Below are positions 33,330-34,631 of a DNA stretch of 34,631 nucleotides, one piece after another. How positions within the stretch are numbered: position 1 is the first letter of the stretch; every line of letters starts with the position of its first letter. Source of the DNA: Pseudomonadota bacterium (lineage in GTDB: Bacteria > Pseudomonadota > Alphaproteobacteria > RF32 > CAG-239); assembly GCA_918234285.1 (NCBI GenBank), contig CAKJXZ020000016.1:1-34631 (forward strand), read 5' to 3'. The position numbers and the translations under genes were made by a program. The notes below the pieces were generated by a model. It saw nothing but the letters and a program-made list of their open reading frames with translations, ran no database searches and was not told where the DNA came from.

Positions 33330-34459
33330 ATGCGCATACCTTATTTGACATATAAACGGCTTGCAAACGGTGAAACGGCATATTATTTCAATATTCCGGC
33401 TCGCCTGATCCCTGCAGGCTGCCTTGTAAAATCTCAGCCATTAGGCACGGATTACATTAAGGCATGTCAAAAAGCGCTTGAATTATATGAAAAACTCAAG
33501 GCCTACAAAAAGATTGAAGAAAACATTGAAACCAAATCTTTCGGCTTTTTATGGTCTCTATACATTCAAAGCCGGTTTTATATAGAGTTATCCGAGCGCA
33601 CAAAAAAGGATTATTCACGGGTTTATGACTTAATCTGCCAAAAGGAAAACAAATCCGGCCAAAAATTAAAAGACATTCCGCTTGATTTATTTGACAGCGA
33701 CTCCGCTTATAAGCTTTATCAGCGTTTTATTGAAAGTTATCGCGAACGCTGGGCCAAGTATTGTATTTCCATTTTGCGCCTTGTTTACAATTTCGGCATG
33801 CGTAAAGAAATTTTGACACGGCAAAATCCTTTTGAAAATATGCGCATCAAAAATGTGCGGCCTAAAAAACGCTTTATTCCGGCAGAACACATCCAAGCCT
33901 TAATTGAAAAAGCCAATGAATTGGATCTCAGAAATGCCGCGCTTGCGATTGCACTTAATTTTTACATTTGCCAACGTCCGGCAGATGTGCTGAAACTCCG
34001 CAAAAAGACCTTTATCAAAAAGACGGATATTACTTTTTTAATATCGTTCAAAATAAAACCGGTGCCAATGTCCATGTGCCGGTGCCGCCTGAATTGCTTG
34101 ATGAAATTCTCAACAAAACCGATTATATTATCTGCAATAAGCATGGAAAACCGTACGATGTCAATGTTTTTGGCCATATCTTCAAAAAAGTCAATGATGC
34201 TTGCGGCTTTGATTATACTTTCCGACTTTTACGCCATGCCGGCAGCACTGCATACGCTGAGGCCGGCGTCAATACATCTGCCGTGATTTCATTAACCGGA
34301 CACACCAACGAGCAGATCTTCAATCAGGTTTATAAAGGCAATTCCGAACAGCTCAGTTTGCACGCTTTGCAGCAGCGCCTTGAAGCCGAAAAACGTTCAA
34401 ATAATGTTCCTTTTAAAAGTCAAAAAGTCAGAATGACACCAGAAAAAAAGTCAGAATGA
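33330..34459 (+). pseudogene. int: Tyrosine integrase split by a -1 frameshift at ~34002-34006
   Basis: Frame 1 ends ...CQRPADVLKLRKK; frame 2 continues DLYQKDG...QNKTG...RLLRHAG...TGHT...VY, carrying the remaining catalytic motifs. Confidence 0.85.
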
Positions 34460-34490
34460 AAACAAAAAAGAATATATTTTCAATCACTTA
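34415..34490. promoter_or_regulatory. attR arm: arm-type repeats and IHF-like site
   Basis: AAAAAGTCAGAATGA at 34422-34436 and 34445-34459; TTTCAATCACTTA at 34478-34490. Confidence 0.6.
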
Positions 34491-34504
34491 TTAAATATAA
34501 TCCT

Positions 34505-34553
34505 CGGATTCTGACTCCGTCAATCTTGGTTCGAGTCCAGGTGAAGCAGCCAC
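34505..34553 (+). repeat. attR direct repeat (displaced host 3' half of tRNA-Gln)
   Basis: 47/49 identical to 122..170; lacks the 5' half of the tRNA. Confidence 0.95.
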
Positions 34554-34560
34554 AGTGTGC

Positions 34561-34590
34561 AAGTCGTCAGAAATGACGACTTTTTCTTTT
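34561..34590 (+). terminator. Original host tRNA terminator
   Basis: AAGTCGTCA-GAAA-TGACGACTT followed by a T-rich tail. Confidence 0.85.
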
Positions 34591-34631
34591 ATTTGCAGGG
34601 ATTTCAGCGAGTTCGAAATAGATATCGTTAC

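Larger units (their letters stand above)
122..34553. mobile_element. Complete temperate prophage (podovirus-like virion genes, lambdoid regulation) integrated in tRNA-Gln
   Basis: 49-bp att repeats at both ends, integrase and xis beside attR, repressor/cro, replication, packaging, head, tail and lysis modules. Confidence 0.95.

Noticed and set aside
34007-34286. C-terminal part of ORF 33330..34286 as real protein sequence
   Set aside because: Out-of-frame tail after the frameshift; the catalytic integrase motifs are in the other frame.
34505-34553. Second tRNA gene
   Set aside because: Only the anticodon-to-CCA half is present; no 5' acceptor strand or D arm. It is attR.

Overview
The window is an apparently complete temperate prophage of about 34.4 kb (122..34553) integrated into a tRNA-Gln(CTG) gene. 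The restored tRNA lies at 96..169 (attL) and the displaced 3' half with the host terminator at 34505..34590 (attR). The organisation is lambdoid. A cI/cro switch with ATACA-N5-TGTAT operators sits at ~24.9 and ~25.9 kb. A rightward early arm carries RecE/RecT, many small ORFs, ASCH, xis and a frameshifted tyrosine integrase. The leftward arm carries YfdQ-like, VRR-NUC, a replication initiator with iterons, MazG-like, a GT8-GT29 glycosyltransferase fusion, terminases, GroES, portal, scaffold, capsid, podovirus-type tail and ejection proteins, a GH108 lysis cassette, and a terminal operon with a stand-alone NrdD glycyl-radical domain, a sigma-like protein and an HNH protein. The host is probably a low-GC anaerobic proteobacterium (inference only). 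The most notable observations are: (1) no CCNGG site found by eye in the whole prophage despite strong CCGG enrichment, with the only CCNGG in the displaced host tRNA arm, which the phage copy replaces by a compensatory base-pair swap; (2) intergenic hairpins and a candidate sRNA exposing sequence antisense to translation starts, one with an exact 11-nt match to the first early gene's RBS; (3) a GT8-sialyltransferase-like fusion heading the virion operon; (4) a structured GC-rich early leader RNA; (5) a repressor with Arg at the catalytic Lys position, and a frameshifted integrase. All protein calls come from motif recognition by eye, not database searches.
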